Source of the DNA: Macrostomum hystrix
Lineage: Eukaryota; Animalia; Platyhelminthes
Length of the DNA: 64,000 bases
NCBI GenBank assembly: GCA_950097015.1
Contig: CATNEN010000038.1
Coordinates: forward strand, 35,030,001 to 35,094,000
Reading direction: 5' to 3'
How positions within the stretch are numbered: the first letter of the stretch is position 1; every line of letters begins with the position of its first letter. Shown piece by piece: positions 26,213 through 36,900 of the stretch. The notes under the pieces were generated by a model. The model did not search any database and had not been told where the DNA came from. It saw only the letters and a list, made by a program, of their open reading frames with translations. The position numbers and the translations under genes are program-made.

Positions 26213-26461
26213 TTTTGGCCAGATTCTACTTAACAATTTTAATTATAACAACCTAGACTTGCTAGCTTGAATGTGCCATTGTATATTGCTTTGTAAAAAG
26301 CAAATGCACGATTTTCTTCTGATGCCAAAAAGTTCAGGATGAGTAAGGATTTTTGATGCAAACTTCACCCTAATAAAACCCTACATAACAAATTGCTCTG
26401 CTCATTAACTGTGGCAACATCACACCCTAATTTCTACTCCACTTCATTTGGCCACATACTC

Positions 26462-29400
26462 ATGAGTCATAATGTATTAGCTGATTCAGCTAAGGTGAGT
26501 CCAGCTAAATGACAAAAGGTTTTCCATAATTATTCGCTTGATAAATTCCAGCTAGCAGTAATGGTTGACATTGGTCGCAGTTCGCGTCATCCAGTTGATG
26601 ATGTCACAGATGCTGAGCTGCACAAACTACTCTGCTGCATGCTACAGCGAGCCTATTCTAGTCGTTTGCTAGCTGAAGCCGCTTCATCTAATGGCACAGT
26701 TGGTGGAACAGATTCTGCTGTACCGGCATACGCTGCAACAGTCCTTCTAGCTAGTAGCAATTGTCGAGAACTATTCGAATTAGATTACACACTACAGGGC
26801 AGTTTGGACAATACTAGCGGCCAGCTATGTGACACATATCCACCTTACATATTCCTGCCAGCTGGTTGTTCGAGGCGACCGAAAAGCCGACTAGCCTATC
26901 CTCACGACTTTGCCACCCTGTGCCAATTGGCTAGCAAAGCCAGGGTTAGGGGCAGATTCCCGGCTCCTGCCCTCATGTTCGAAGGCAAAGTGCTCTGCAG
27001 GTCTGGCGCGCTCAGCGCTTGGCCTGAGGCCTACTCAAGGTATGCCACAGCTTGGCTGCATTTTTAGAGTTTTTTGTGGTAAAAGTATGAAAAGTATTAT
27101 GATTCCCGTCATGGGAAGATTTATTGAGGAGATGGGATCAGATATAGAAAGATTTATTGTGGAGATGGGATCAGACATGGGAAGATTTATTGTGAAGATG
27201 GGATCAGATATGGGAAGATTTATTGAGGAGATGGGATCAGATATGGGATAATTTATTGAGGAGATGGGATCAGATATAGGAAGATTTATTGAGGAGATGG
27301 GATCAGATATTGGGAAGATTTATTGAGGAGATGGGATCAGATATGGGAAGATTTATTGTGGAGTTGAGATCAGATATGGGAAGATTTATTGTGGAGATGG
27401 GATCAGATATGGGAAGATTTATTGTGGAGATGAAATCAGATATGGGAAAATTTATTGTGGAGATGGGATCAGATATGGGAAGATTTATTGTGGAGATGGG
27501 ATCAGATATGGGAAGATTTATTGTGGAGATGAGATCAGATATTGGGAAGACTTATTGAGGAGATGGGATCAGATATGGGAAGACTTATTGAGGAGATGGG
27601 ATCAGATATGGGAAGATTTATTCTGGAGATGAAATCAGATATGGGAAAATTTATTGTGGAGATAAGATCAGATATTGGGAAGACTTATTGAGGAGATAGG
27701 ATCAGATATAGGAAGATTTATTGAGGAGATGGGATCAGATATGGAAAGATTTATTGAGGAGATGGGATCAGAAAGGGCTGTGTGTTTTTTTACAATCTGG
27801 AGGTAGGAGATATATAAACTAATGTAAATTTTATGTCGTGGTCTCTCGCAGAACTGCCATCGGAGCTGTCTCGGCTTGGTTCTCCTCAATGAGCGTTGGC
27901 AGAAGGTCGCCTTCCCAGTCGGCATCCTCGGCTGATGTCACCGCCACCGACGGCGGCGCTTCGTCCACCGTCGGTGGAAGCGGCTCTTTTGATGCCTCCG
28001 ATGGCGGTGGCGGCGGCGGCGGCAGTAACAGCTTCTTTGATCGAACTCGCGGCAACGACATGGCTCTGTTGGACTGCATGCAGGTCAAACAGATTGTAGA
28101 CCTGACAGTTGAGACAAAGTTTTACAAATACCGACTGCCTCTGCCGCTGTCTTCTACTGAGAAGATTGATAAGAGGGGTCGGTACAGGTGAGTCCTGAAC
28201 TATTCAGTGCGAATGGGAAACACCTGAGTCTAGAGTCCTGAACTATTCAGTGCGAATGGGAAACACCTGAGTCTAGAGTCCTGAACTATTCAGTGCGAAT
28301 GGGAAACACCTGAGTCTAGAGTCCTGAACTATTCAGTGCGAATGGGAAACACCTGAGTCTAGAGTCCTGAACTATTCAGTGCGAATGGGAAACACCTGAG
28401 TCTAGAGTCCTGAACTATTCAGTGCGAATGGGAAACACCTGAGTCTAGAGTCCTGAACTATTCAGTGCGAATGGGAAACACCTGAGTCTAGAGTCCTGAA
28501 CTATTCAATGCGAATGGGAAACACCTGAGTCTAGAGTCCTGAACTATTCAGTGCGAATGGGAAACACCTGAGTCTAGAGTCCTGAACTATTCAGTGCGAA
28601 TGGGAAACACCTGAGTCTAGAGTCCTGAACTATTCAGTGTGAATGGGAAACACCTGAGTCTAGAGTCCTGAACTATTCAGTGCGAATGGGAAACACCTGA
28701 GTCTAGAGTCCTGAACTATTCAGTGCGAATGGGAAACACCTGAGTCTAGAGTCCTGAACTATTCATTGCGAATGGGAAACACCTGAGTCTAGAGTCCTGA
28801 ACTATTCAGTGTGAATGGGAAATAGTCTAGGGATTGATTTTCCTTTGTGAATTAATTAAACTGCGTGCACATCAAACCCTTACCAGAGATTACAAGCTGT
28901 GCGTCATCCCATACCCTGGCTGCGAATTCTTCAAAGTCTGGTCAATCGGCCACGGCCTATCAATGTCCGGAGTACATTTCTCATGGAACAATCCGGCTGT
29001 CACAGCAGTGCTCAGATTCGACGATAATTTGCCGCTGTGCGCTGCCGACATTGACTGGACAAATTATCGACAGTGGGATCTGACTCATTTAACTAGCAAT
29101 TATATGCGACTTCTCCTAGGCTACCTGGTTGAATTTCCCGACGATGGCGGCCTTCTTCTGCACTGCGTCAGCGGCTGGGACCGGACCCCATTGTTTGTTA
29201 GCCTCCTGCGCTGCCTGCTGTGGTCCGAGGGACTCTGTCACGCCAGCCTGACCGTTCTTCAGCTGCTGTATTTGACACTGGCCTACGATTGGTTCCTGTT
29301 CGGTTAGTTAACAGTAGGACTACCAAGCCATTTTGCCGCCCGTTTTTATTCAAGGGTGAACCTGACAGTTTCTTGGCAGCGCCTGAATGCTAACAGCGTT

Positions 29401-30390
29401 GGGTGGTGACTGATTGGTTGACAGACTAGGCGATGGTGTCCTGTGGTTGAGCTGCGCCTAATATTTAGGCTTGATCAGTGAAATTGAAGAAATTCGCGTC
29501 GGGTGTCCATAGTGGCATATTTCCGCCTATTGTAGCCCTTGAAGGTCCAACAAATCCGTCTAGATAAAGGTAGGTTACCACCGAATACGGAAATGATGCA
29601 GGCACATTCGGGTGACATGCTGATCAATTTTGAAGGCCTGGCAAGGCCGCACTCAGGCGTAGTGCTAATTTGTGTATAGGGGCGTATGAAATACACTAGC
29701 GCTTACGGAAAAAATCTGATCTTCGGCCAGAAACATTGAATATCTCGACGGTCTGACGAAGTTTCGTGTGCTTGCGTTATTCCGTTCGGGTGCACAGCAG
29801 AAAATTGTCAAAGGGAAATCCCACTTGTTAGTTTTCCGCTCCGTTGTTAATGATCCGCCCTTAATACGATAAACTAACCAAAGCCGTCCGAAGTCAGAAT
29901 CGTCGAGAATCGAGATATTCAGCGATTCTCGTCGAAGAGACTGGTGACAAGGACAACTTGGACAACTTCCTGGCGATTGGTTAAATATTTTTGGAGATAC
30001 GGGAAAAATGTGGGTGTTTAAAATACCCCCCTTTTCAAATCGATTAAATCAATATTCACAGGTCATCGCCTACCGGACCGCATGCAAAAGGACGAGTGCG
30101 TGCTGCACTATTGCTTTCACTTTCTGCACACAGCTAGCCGAGATCCACAGCTATCAATGCTGCGCTGGTATCCACACCTGCAGCAGCAGCAGCAGCAGCG
30201 GCGGCATGGGCCGGATTTCCTAGAAAATCGAACCGAAAGGCTCCGCCAGCTGTGCAGTTTGTTTTTCAGCTCCTACGCCGCAGCCGAGAGGCGTCAGGCC
30301 GCTTTGGCGGCTGCATCCAAGTCGACCTCCGCTGGTCCGGCCCTGACAATGTCCACTAGGAGCAGAATATCTAACACTGGGATTATGTAG
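26462..30390 (+). CDS. MTMR14: Myotubularin-related protein 14 (PI3P phosphatase, Jumpy)
   Basis: Exons 26561-27039, 27852-28187, 28887-29302 and 30062-30390 join in frame (519 aa). A probable extra in-frame 5' exon 26462-26494 (MSHNVLADSAK) splices through a 57-nt intron to 26552. Motifs: LCDTYP, ARVRGRF, LCRSG, IPYPGCEFF, catalytic HCVSGWDRT, AYDWFLFGH. Confidence 0.9.
27111..27772. repeat. 33-bp minisatellite (ATGGGAAGATTTATTGAGGAGATGGGATCAGAT) in MTMR14 intron
   Basis: About 20 tandem units. Confidence 0.95.
28190..28830. repeat. 43-bp minisatellite (GAGTCCTGAACTATTCAGTGCGAATGGGAAACACCTGAGTCTA) in MTMR14 intron
   Basis: About 15 almost identical units; the first begins at position +3 of the intron, inside the GTGAGT donor. 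Confidence 0.95.
29880..29970 (-). repeat. Fragment of a dispersed repeat also present at 7990-8045
   Basis: Reverse complement of GAGATATTCAGCGATTCTCGTCGAAGAGACTGGTGACAAGGACAACT matches AGTTGTCCCTGTCACCAGGGTCTTCGACAAGAAATCGCTGAATATCTC. Confidence 0.6.
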
Positions 30391-31076
30391 CTTAATAGTA
30401 GCTGCGTTTGAAGACAATGAAAATAGGTTAGAGAGAGTGTGTTTTTCGGTGTTTTATTCATTTCTAAGTAATTCCAAAAGTTTAATGCTAACTGCTGTTT
30501 GCGAAATCGGGTTTTTTAAGTTCAGTTTTCTTAATCTCGAAACGCTTCTAAGAAAGGCTTCAATAAAATAGTTTAGCTGCTAGCTCGTAAGAAACAGTTA
30601 AATGAATTTGTGTATTTTTTTTAAAACGTGTCTTAGAAATAAACTTGTTTCTAGGAAAATAAGTGGATTAAAACGTAGTTTCTAAGAAACAACTGTTTAA
30701 TCATTTACTTTCTAGGAAAGTGTCTATGAACAAAATTCGTTTTTAACGAAATATTTCTGCGGTGTTTTAAGTAAATATTTCTATGAAATGTTTCTACAAG
30801 ATCGTGTCAATTTTTAGAAGCTTTTCTATGAAGCAGTTTCGTTTTCCGTAAAAAAAGTTTCTAGATGATTCTAGAAGTTATGGATTGCGGACAATTACAA
30901 ACTTTTAAATTGTGCTGAACTTTAAACAAGCTTCGTGCTCATTCTTTTTCTTTTGTGCCACTGTGATCCGTCTTTTTATTGTGATATATGTCTTTTTTAA
31001 CCAATGAAAATTAGTTTCCAGTCTAATTAATCATTGATTTTGTGCATTCGTTTTTCTATTGCATGAATTAGAAATT

Positions 31077-31395
31077 CCTTGATTTGATTGAAGGTTCTAG
31101 GTTTAGTAGTCCATTGATTTGATTGTAGGTTCTAGGTTTAGTAGTCCATTGATTCGATTGTAGGTTCTAGGTTTAATAGTCCATTGATTTGATTGTAGGT
31201 TCTAGGTTTAATAGTCCATTGATTTGATTCAAGGTTCTAGGTTTAGTAGTCCATTGATTTGATTGTAGGTTCTAGGTTTAATAGTCCATTGATTTGATTG
31301 TAGGTTCTAGGTTTAATAGTCCATTGATTTGATTGTAGGTTCTAGGTTTAGTAGTCCATTGATTCGATTGTAGGTTCTATGTTTAGTAGTCCATG
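31077..31395. repeat. 35-bp minisatellite (CCATTGATTTGATTGTAGGTTCTAGGTTTAGTAGT)
   Basis: About 9 tandem units between MTMR14 and frataxin. Confidence 0.95.
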
Positions 31396-31751
31396 GAAAA
31401 TTATACGTTTACTAATCCATAGACCTCATATTTACTAGCTTCTTGTATTCTTTTTTTCTAATAATCCCAGAGTTATGATGTACACTTGCTAAGGTACTTA
31501 CAATAAGGCAAATCAGTTTCCAGTTTTTTGCAGTTGATTCTTAAAAATTTTGTTGCTTAATCGAGCTGTAAAAATCAATAATTGTAGTTTTTTGCCTTTT
31601 GACGAATTGCTGTTAATAAATGCCATTTCAAAACAAAGAACAAAGGTAATTTGATATTGTATGACTTCCAAAAGCTTTGTCTGGTCATTGCCAATGTTAC
31701 AATAAGATTTCGGACAAAATATGAAAAAGATAGAGAACAAATTTCCTGTAA

Positions 31752-33237
31752 ATGTTTCGTTTTTTATCTTCACATCTTAAGGAAAAGCTGACGGATTCAT
31801 TTAGACACCCGAGACTATCAGATCCCTCAGACCGTCAGGTAGAACTATCATATTCCTCAGACCCTCAGGTAGAACTATCATATTCCTCAGATCTTCAGGT
31901 AGAACTGTCATATCCCTCAGACCCTCAGGTAGAACTATCATATCCCTCAGACCCTCAGGTAGAACTATCAGATCCCTCTGACCTTCAGGTACGAACTATC
32001 AGATCCCTCTGACCTTCAGGCAAAACTATCAGATCCCTCAGATCTTCAGGTAGAACTATCAGATCCCTCAGATCTTCAGGTAGAACCATCAGATCCCTCA
32101 GACCTTCAGGTAGAACTATCAGATCCCTCAGACCTTCAGGTAGAACTATCAGATCCCTCAGATCTTCAGGTGTGGCATTGCAGCCTTCAGAATGCAATCG
32201 AGTTGAATTTAATAATTACATATTTTTTTACCGAATTTCAGTCTCGCCTGCAAGCCCCAATTAGGCTTCTTCTATCTCGGCGAGTCTTTCTGGCTCACAG
32301 CCAGATAGGGAGAGTTCGAGCCAGTAGCTTCCGTTTCCATGGCTATCGTCGCCTTGACTCGCTAGACTTCTCTAGCCTGCCTTTGTTACCATTCCAGACT
32401 AGGCAATTTGCCAGCTCGCCAGGTGAACAATCTACCAGGTGAGTTTGCGAGAAATCTCAAATCAGGTAGATCAGGTACAATAATTTGACAGATTACATTC
32501 CCTGGATGAATGTGACGGATTGGACACATTGCAAGATGATGACGGATTTGACACATTCCCAGATAAATGTGACGGATTTGACACATTCCCAGATAAATGT
32601 GACGGATTTGACACATTCCCAGATAAATATGACAGATTGGACACATTCCCAGGTGAATGTGACAGATTGGACACATTCCTAGGTGAATGTGACGGATTTG
32701 ACACATTCCCAGATAAATGTGACAGATTGGACACATTCCCAGGTGAAAGGAACAGATTCGATACAGTCCCAATGAACTTGCAACCGTATTATAAAGCGTT
32801 TCTCATAATTAATCATTTCCACCTCCGACCCTCCACGCAGTTCATCACCTCAGCTGTCCCGCTCCGTGTTCGACCAGATCGCCGACGAAGTCCTTGAACA
32901 AATCGCCGATCGAGTCGACGAGCTAGTTTCTTCGTCGAAGTCGGACAGCGCTAAAGACTATGACGTCGCACTGGCTAGCGGGGTGCTGACCCTGAGCTTT
33001 GGCGCGCACGGTACATACGTTATTAACAAACAGACCCCTAATAGACAGATTTGGCTATCATCGCCTACTTCAGGACCGAAGAGATTTGACTACACTGAGC
33101 AGACTGGCGAGTGGGTGTACTTGCACGACGGTGCTAAATTGCACAGCCTGCTTAGCAGAGAACTGACCGAAATTTTCAAGCTCAATCCACCAGTTGACTT
33201 CACTGACTGCGCTGTGTACAAACCATTAGCTGATTAG
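31752..33237 (+). CDS. FXN: Frataxin, mitochondrial
   Basis: Last exon 32841-33237 has [41 protein letters not shown] and LHSLLSREL. Exon 32242-32438 is R/S/L-rich like a presequence. Exon 1 starts at ATG 31752 ([10 protein letters not shown]); its donor is uncertain (first GT option at 31838/9). AATAAA at 33347. Confidence 0.9.
31815..32172. repeat. 30-bp minisatellite (CAGATCCCTCAGACCTTCAGGTAGAACTAT) at frataxin exon1/intron1
   Basis: About 12 tandem units, most containing CAG|GT. Confidence 0.95.
32486..32762. repeat. 30-bp minisatellite (GACACATTCCCAGATAAATGTGACGGATTT) in frataxin intron 2
   Basis: About 9 tandem units. Confidence 0.9.
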
Positions 33238-33459
33238 CTGCTTTCTGACCGGCTGACTACTGTTAGTAACATGATACTATCCTGCCTACACTGCATTGTT
33301 GTTTTATTCATTGTGCTGTTTCCATTTTGTATTATTTTGACAAAGAAATAAAATATGTAAACAAGAATGCTATTATATTGTGTCTTAATCAAAGTAGTGT
33401 TAAATATTTAAATTACTTCAGCGTTAAACTAATATACTTTTTCCATGTTTTTTACAACA

Positions 33460-33870
33460 AAGACACATTCCCCGATGAATGTGACAGATTTTAAGACGCA
33501 TTCCCAGATGCATGTTACACATTGCAATACACATTCCCAGATGAATGTGACAGACTGCAAGACACATTCCCAGATGAATGTGACAGACTGCAAGACACAT
33601 TCCCAGATGAATGTGACAGATTGCTAGATACATTCCCAGATGAATGTGACAGATTGCTAGATACATTCTCAGATGAATGTGACAGATCGCATGGCACGTT
33701 CCCTGACGAATGTTACAGATTGCAGAACACATTCCCTGATGAATGTGAGTAACAGACTGCGTGACAGACTGTGTGACAGACTGCAAGACACATTCCCTGA
33801 TGAATGTGACAGATTGAAAGACACATTCCCAGATGAATGTGACATGTTGCAGGGTACATTCCCAGATGGA
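33460..33870. repeat. 33-bp minisatellite (GACACATTCCCAGATGAATGTGACAGACTGCAA), same family as frataxin intron 2 array
   Basis: About 12 units between the convergent frataxin and nAChR stop codons. Confidence 0.9.
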
Positions 33871-33933
33871 AGCTCGTATTTCCTAATAATTCGTTCTGTA
33901 AGTACATAAACTTTGGTCTTGGTTAATGTATTG

Positions 33934-36900
33934 TCAGAGGACCTGTTTAAACAACGGCATGATCACCAGTATGACCAAGGTTGATGTGACGGCTGCAATC
34001 AGAAACAGCCAGAACAGCAGCCTGTCCGCAATGTAGGCAGCTGTTCGCCAATCGCCTATCAGCATCTGGGCGGCTTCGTCCTCGAGCTGACGTTGCATCA
34101 GCCGCTGCACGTGCCGCTGCAGCCGGTCGCTCTGTCGATGCCGCTTTCTTTTATTGGTCGGAATTCCGTTGGCATGCACTTTGCCGTCAGACAACTCGTC
34201 GGTGTCAACCATATCGTCGTGTAGTTCGTCGGCTTCACCTTCCAGGATGCGCAATTCGCGACGCTTGCGACGTGCTTGACGCTGGTAGCGCGCCACGCTG
34301 GTCATGCACAGCAGGGGGGCCAGGCGTTTGAATAAGCAGCATCGGAGCCAACGAGGCAGCGGCCTGTCGTTCGGCCCGACGTGGTGCAGATGCAGAACAA
34401 ATACGGTCAGCACGATTGACAGCGATGTGGTGGACATTGTCACGGTTAGGTAGATGCCTATCAATTATTGGTGGCGTTAGATAAATTACGAGGTTTTTAT
34501 CAAGCACCACTTCAAGCAGAGGAACGGGAAACTACGTTTCTTAGAAAATTTTTAGATGGCTGGTTTTCGATGAAAAAATAAAGATCTATCTTTCTTTTTT
34601 CATATTTAAAAAGCTATCGTTTTTTACTTTGTTAAAACTCACATTATTAACTAACGTGTGTCTCCAACGAGTTATAGAAAACATTTTTTCCTGAAAGTTA
34701 ATATTCATAATACGCTCGTATAATAGTTTTTTTACTAAGCCTATATAGCTCTATCAGAAGCGTTAAAGTCGAAAAACTTACTAAAGGCAATCTGCACAGG
34801 GCCATATACAAAGAGAGGAAAGCAAAATTAAATTCTTAATATTAGATCTAATAATAGATCATTCGATAGACTGTAGAGGGCACGTAGAGAAAAGGTTGCA
34901 ACCATCCGTTCCGTTATCGAAGCCTGCAAGACGCGTTTTCGCGCCGTTTCGATTGTCTTTGTGGATTTCCGCAAGGCGTTCGACTCTATGTACAGGCCTG
35001 CGATCGTGTGCTTGCTCTTACTATTCTGTTCCCCCTGCACTGGTGGCTGCGGTAATTGATCTGTACAGCGATTCTAGGGCGTTTGTCCAGACGACCGACG
35101 GCCCAACCGAGGAGTTCAGCACAACCTCTGGCCTCCTGCAGGGCGACACTCTAGCTCCCCTGCTCTGCACCGCTGTCTTCAAGAGTACGACAGCTATAGG
35201 CTGGTGCCACGCCGAAGCTCCCGACACCCTGCCGTGTCCGCTGCCTGCTCTCGCGTATGCCGATGACAGCGCGCTCCTCTGTCGTGAACCAGCTGCTGCC
35301 CAACGCGCTCTTTCCCGGCTCTGTGAGGAGGGCGCCCAGGTGGGGCTGATGGTCAACAGAGGCGCTGCACGTGTGCACTGATACCGCCCCGGCACTTGCG
35401 CTGCCCAACGGAGATGTCATCGCCATGTGCGATGACTTGCGCTGCCTCGGATTGGTAGCTATGAGCCCGGACTCCATCGTCTCTGACAGGATGAATCAGG
35501 CCTGGCGCGCGGCGCACCTGCTCAGGAACGTCTTCAACTCAGCTGCGAGGGACGGCCTGAAAGTGCGCCTCTACCGCGCGGCCGTGGAGCCGATCCTTCT
35601 GTACGGCATGGAAGCAGTGCCGATGGCCGACACACGAGAGCGGGCCCTGGACGCACTCTACAGGTCCCTGCTGCGCTATACGCCCTGGGCGTGCACTGCC
35701 CCGAGAGTTTGCCGTCCAGAGACCTGATGGCCCGCGACAGCATTCCTGACCTGAGTCACCCTCCGCCGGCGCCGCCAAATGCTGCTGCTTTATTTCTGTT
35801 AAAATAAAGCTTCTCAGAAAGCGATCAAGCTATAAATAAAGCAGCTACGAGCGTACTATCTTTCACCTGTCTCCAATCAAACACAGAAGGAAGTAGTTAT
35901 TTTAAATTTAAAATGAACTTTAATTTTCGTTACTGCGTGTTTTATCGGCGAAAACCAGCCTTCAGAACATTTTCTAAGAGAAGAGAAATAGTTTAGAGAA
36001 GAGATATAGTTTCCCGTCATTCTCCGAGTGGCCCTGTGGTTTCGATGTCTGCTGCAATAAGCGGGTTGTGGGCGTACAGGTGCATTTTATAGCGACAGTA
36101 GTAGACTCGCAGCCAGCGAGGAGGCAATTTTGCCAATTCCGCAGACTCTTAAACACACACATGCACACCGATACAATACGCAAGCACAGCTGCCCTGACT
36201 TGATTTAATTGTTACGCATTGTACACTCAGTAACTGTAACCTAGGAAGGGGTTGTAGCCTAGTGTTTAGAGCGTCGAACTTACGAAGTCAAGGTCGAGGG
36301 TTCGATTCCCGACAACACTGGAACAATTTGTGTCCTTAAGCAATACCGCCTAACTCTGTATTGACTCTGTATTTAACTCACCCATGCAGCTGTTAAATTG
36401 GTTAAATTGGTTGTGTCGTCCCACCAGTACATGTACTGAACAGCCGGACGTACGCGCCACGTAATATCTTCGGCTGCATGCTGACGACTGCACATCTTAC
36501 CGCATTGGGGCAGGTGTAATCAATAATAATAATTATTATTGCTTCAGGCTCGTTCACACTGCCTTCAAATGGAAACATTTCACAGTCGTGTGATCTGGCG
36601 TCGTTTTATTTGGGTCAACGAGGGTTTGGTGATTCAGGGTTTGGTGATTCAGGGTTGTGATTATCCTTCATCAAAACTCACCGATCAGGGGCACAAACTC
36701 ACTAGTGGCCGGCATATTCTCAGCTATGAGCAGCATGAACACTGAAAAGGCCAGCAGCACCGTGATGCCCAGTGTGATCTTCTCGCCGGAGTCTGGCGGA
36801 AGCCAGAAGCTCAGCAAGCTGAGCACAGTCAGCCATAGACAGGGGAAGATAATGTTGAACAAATAATAGAGCGTGCGCCGCTGAATGACGATATGAAATT

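Noticed and set aside
30391-31751. MTMR14-frataxin operon with trans-splicing
   Set aside because: Same strand and 1.4 kb apart, but there is no clear pyrimidine tract plus AG just before the frataxin ATG; cannot be supported without RNA data.
31815-32172. Analogy to the Friedreich ataxia intron-1 GAA expansion
   Set aside because: Unrelated unit, and most introns in this window carry arrays, so the coincidence is expected.
36248-36320. tRNA genes here and at 47805-47879
   Set aside because: A and B boxes are present but the cloverleaf is imperfect and both continue into a shared SINE body and tail.
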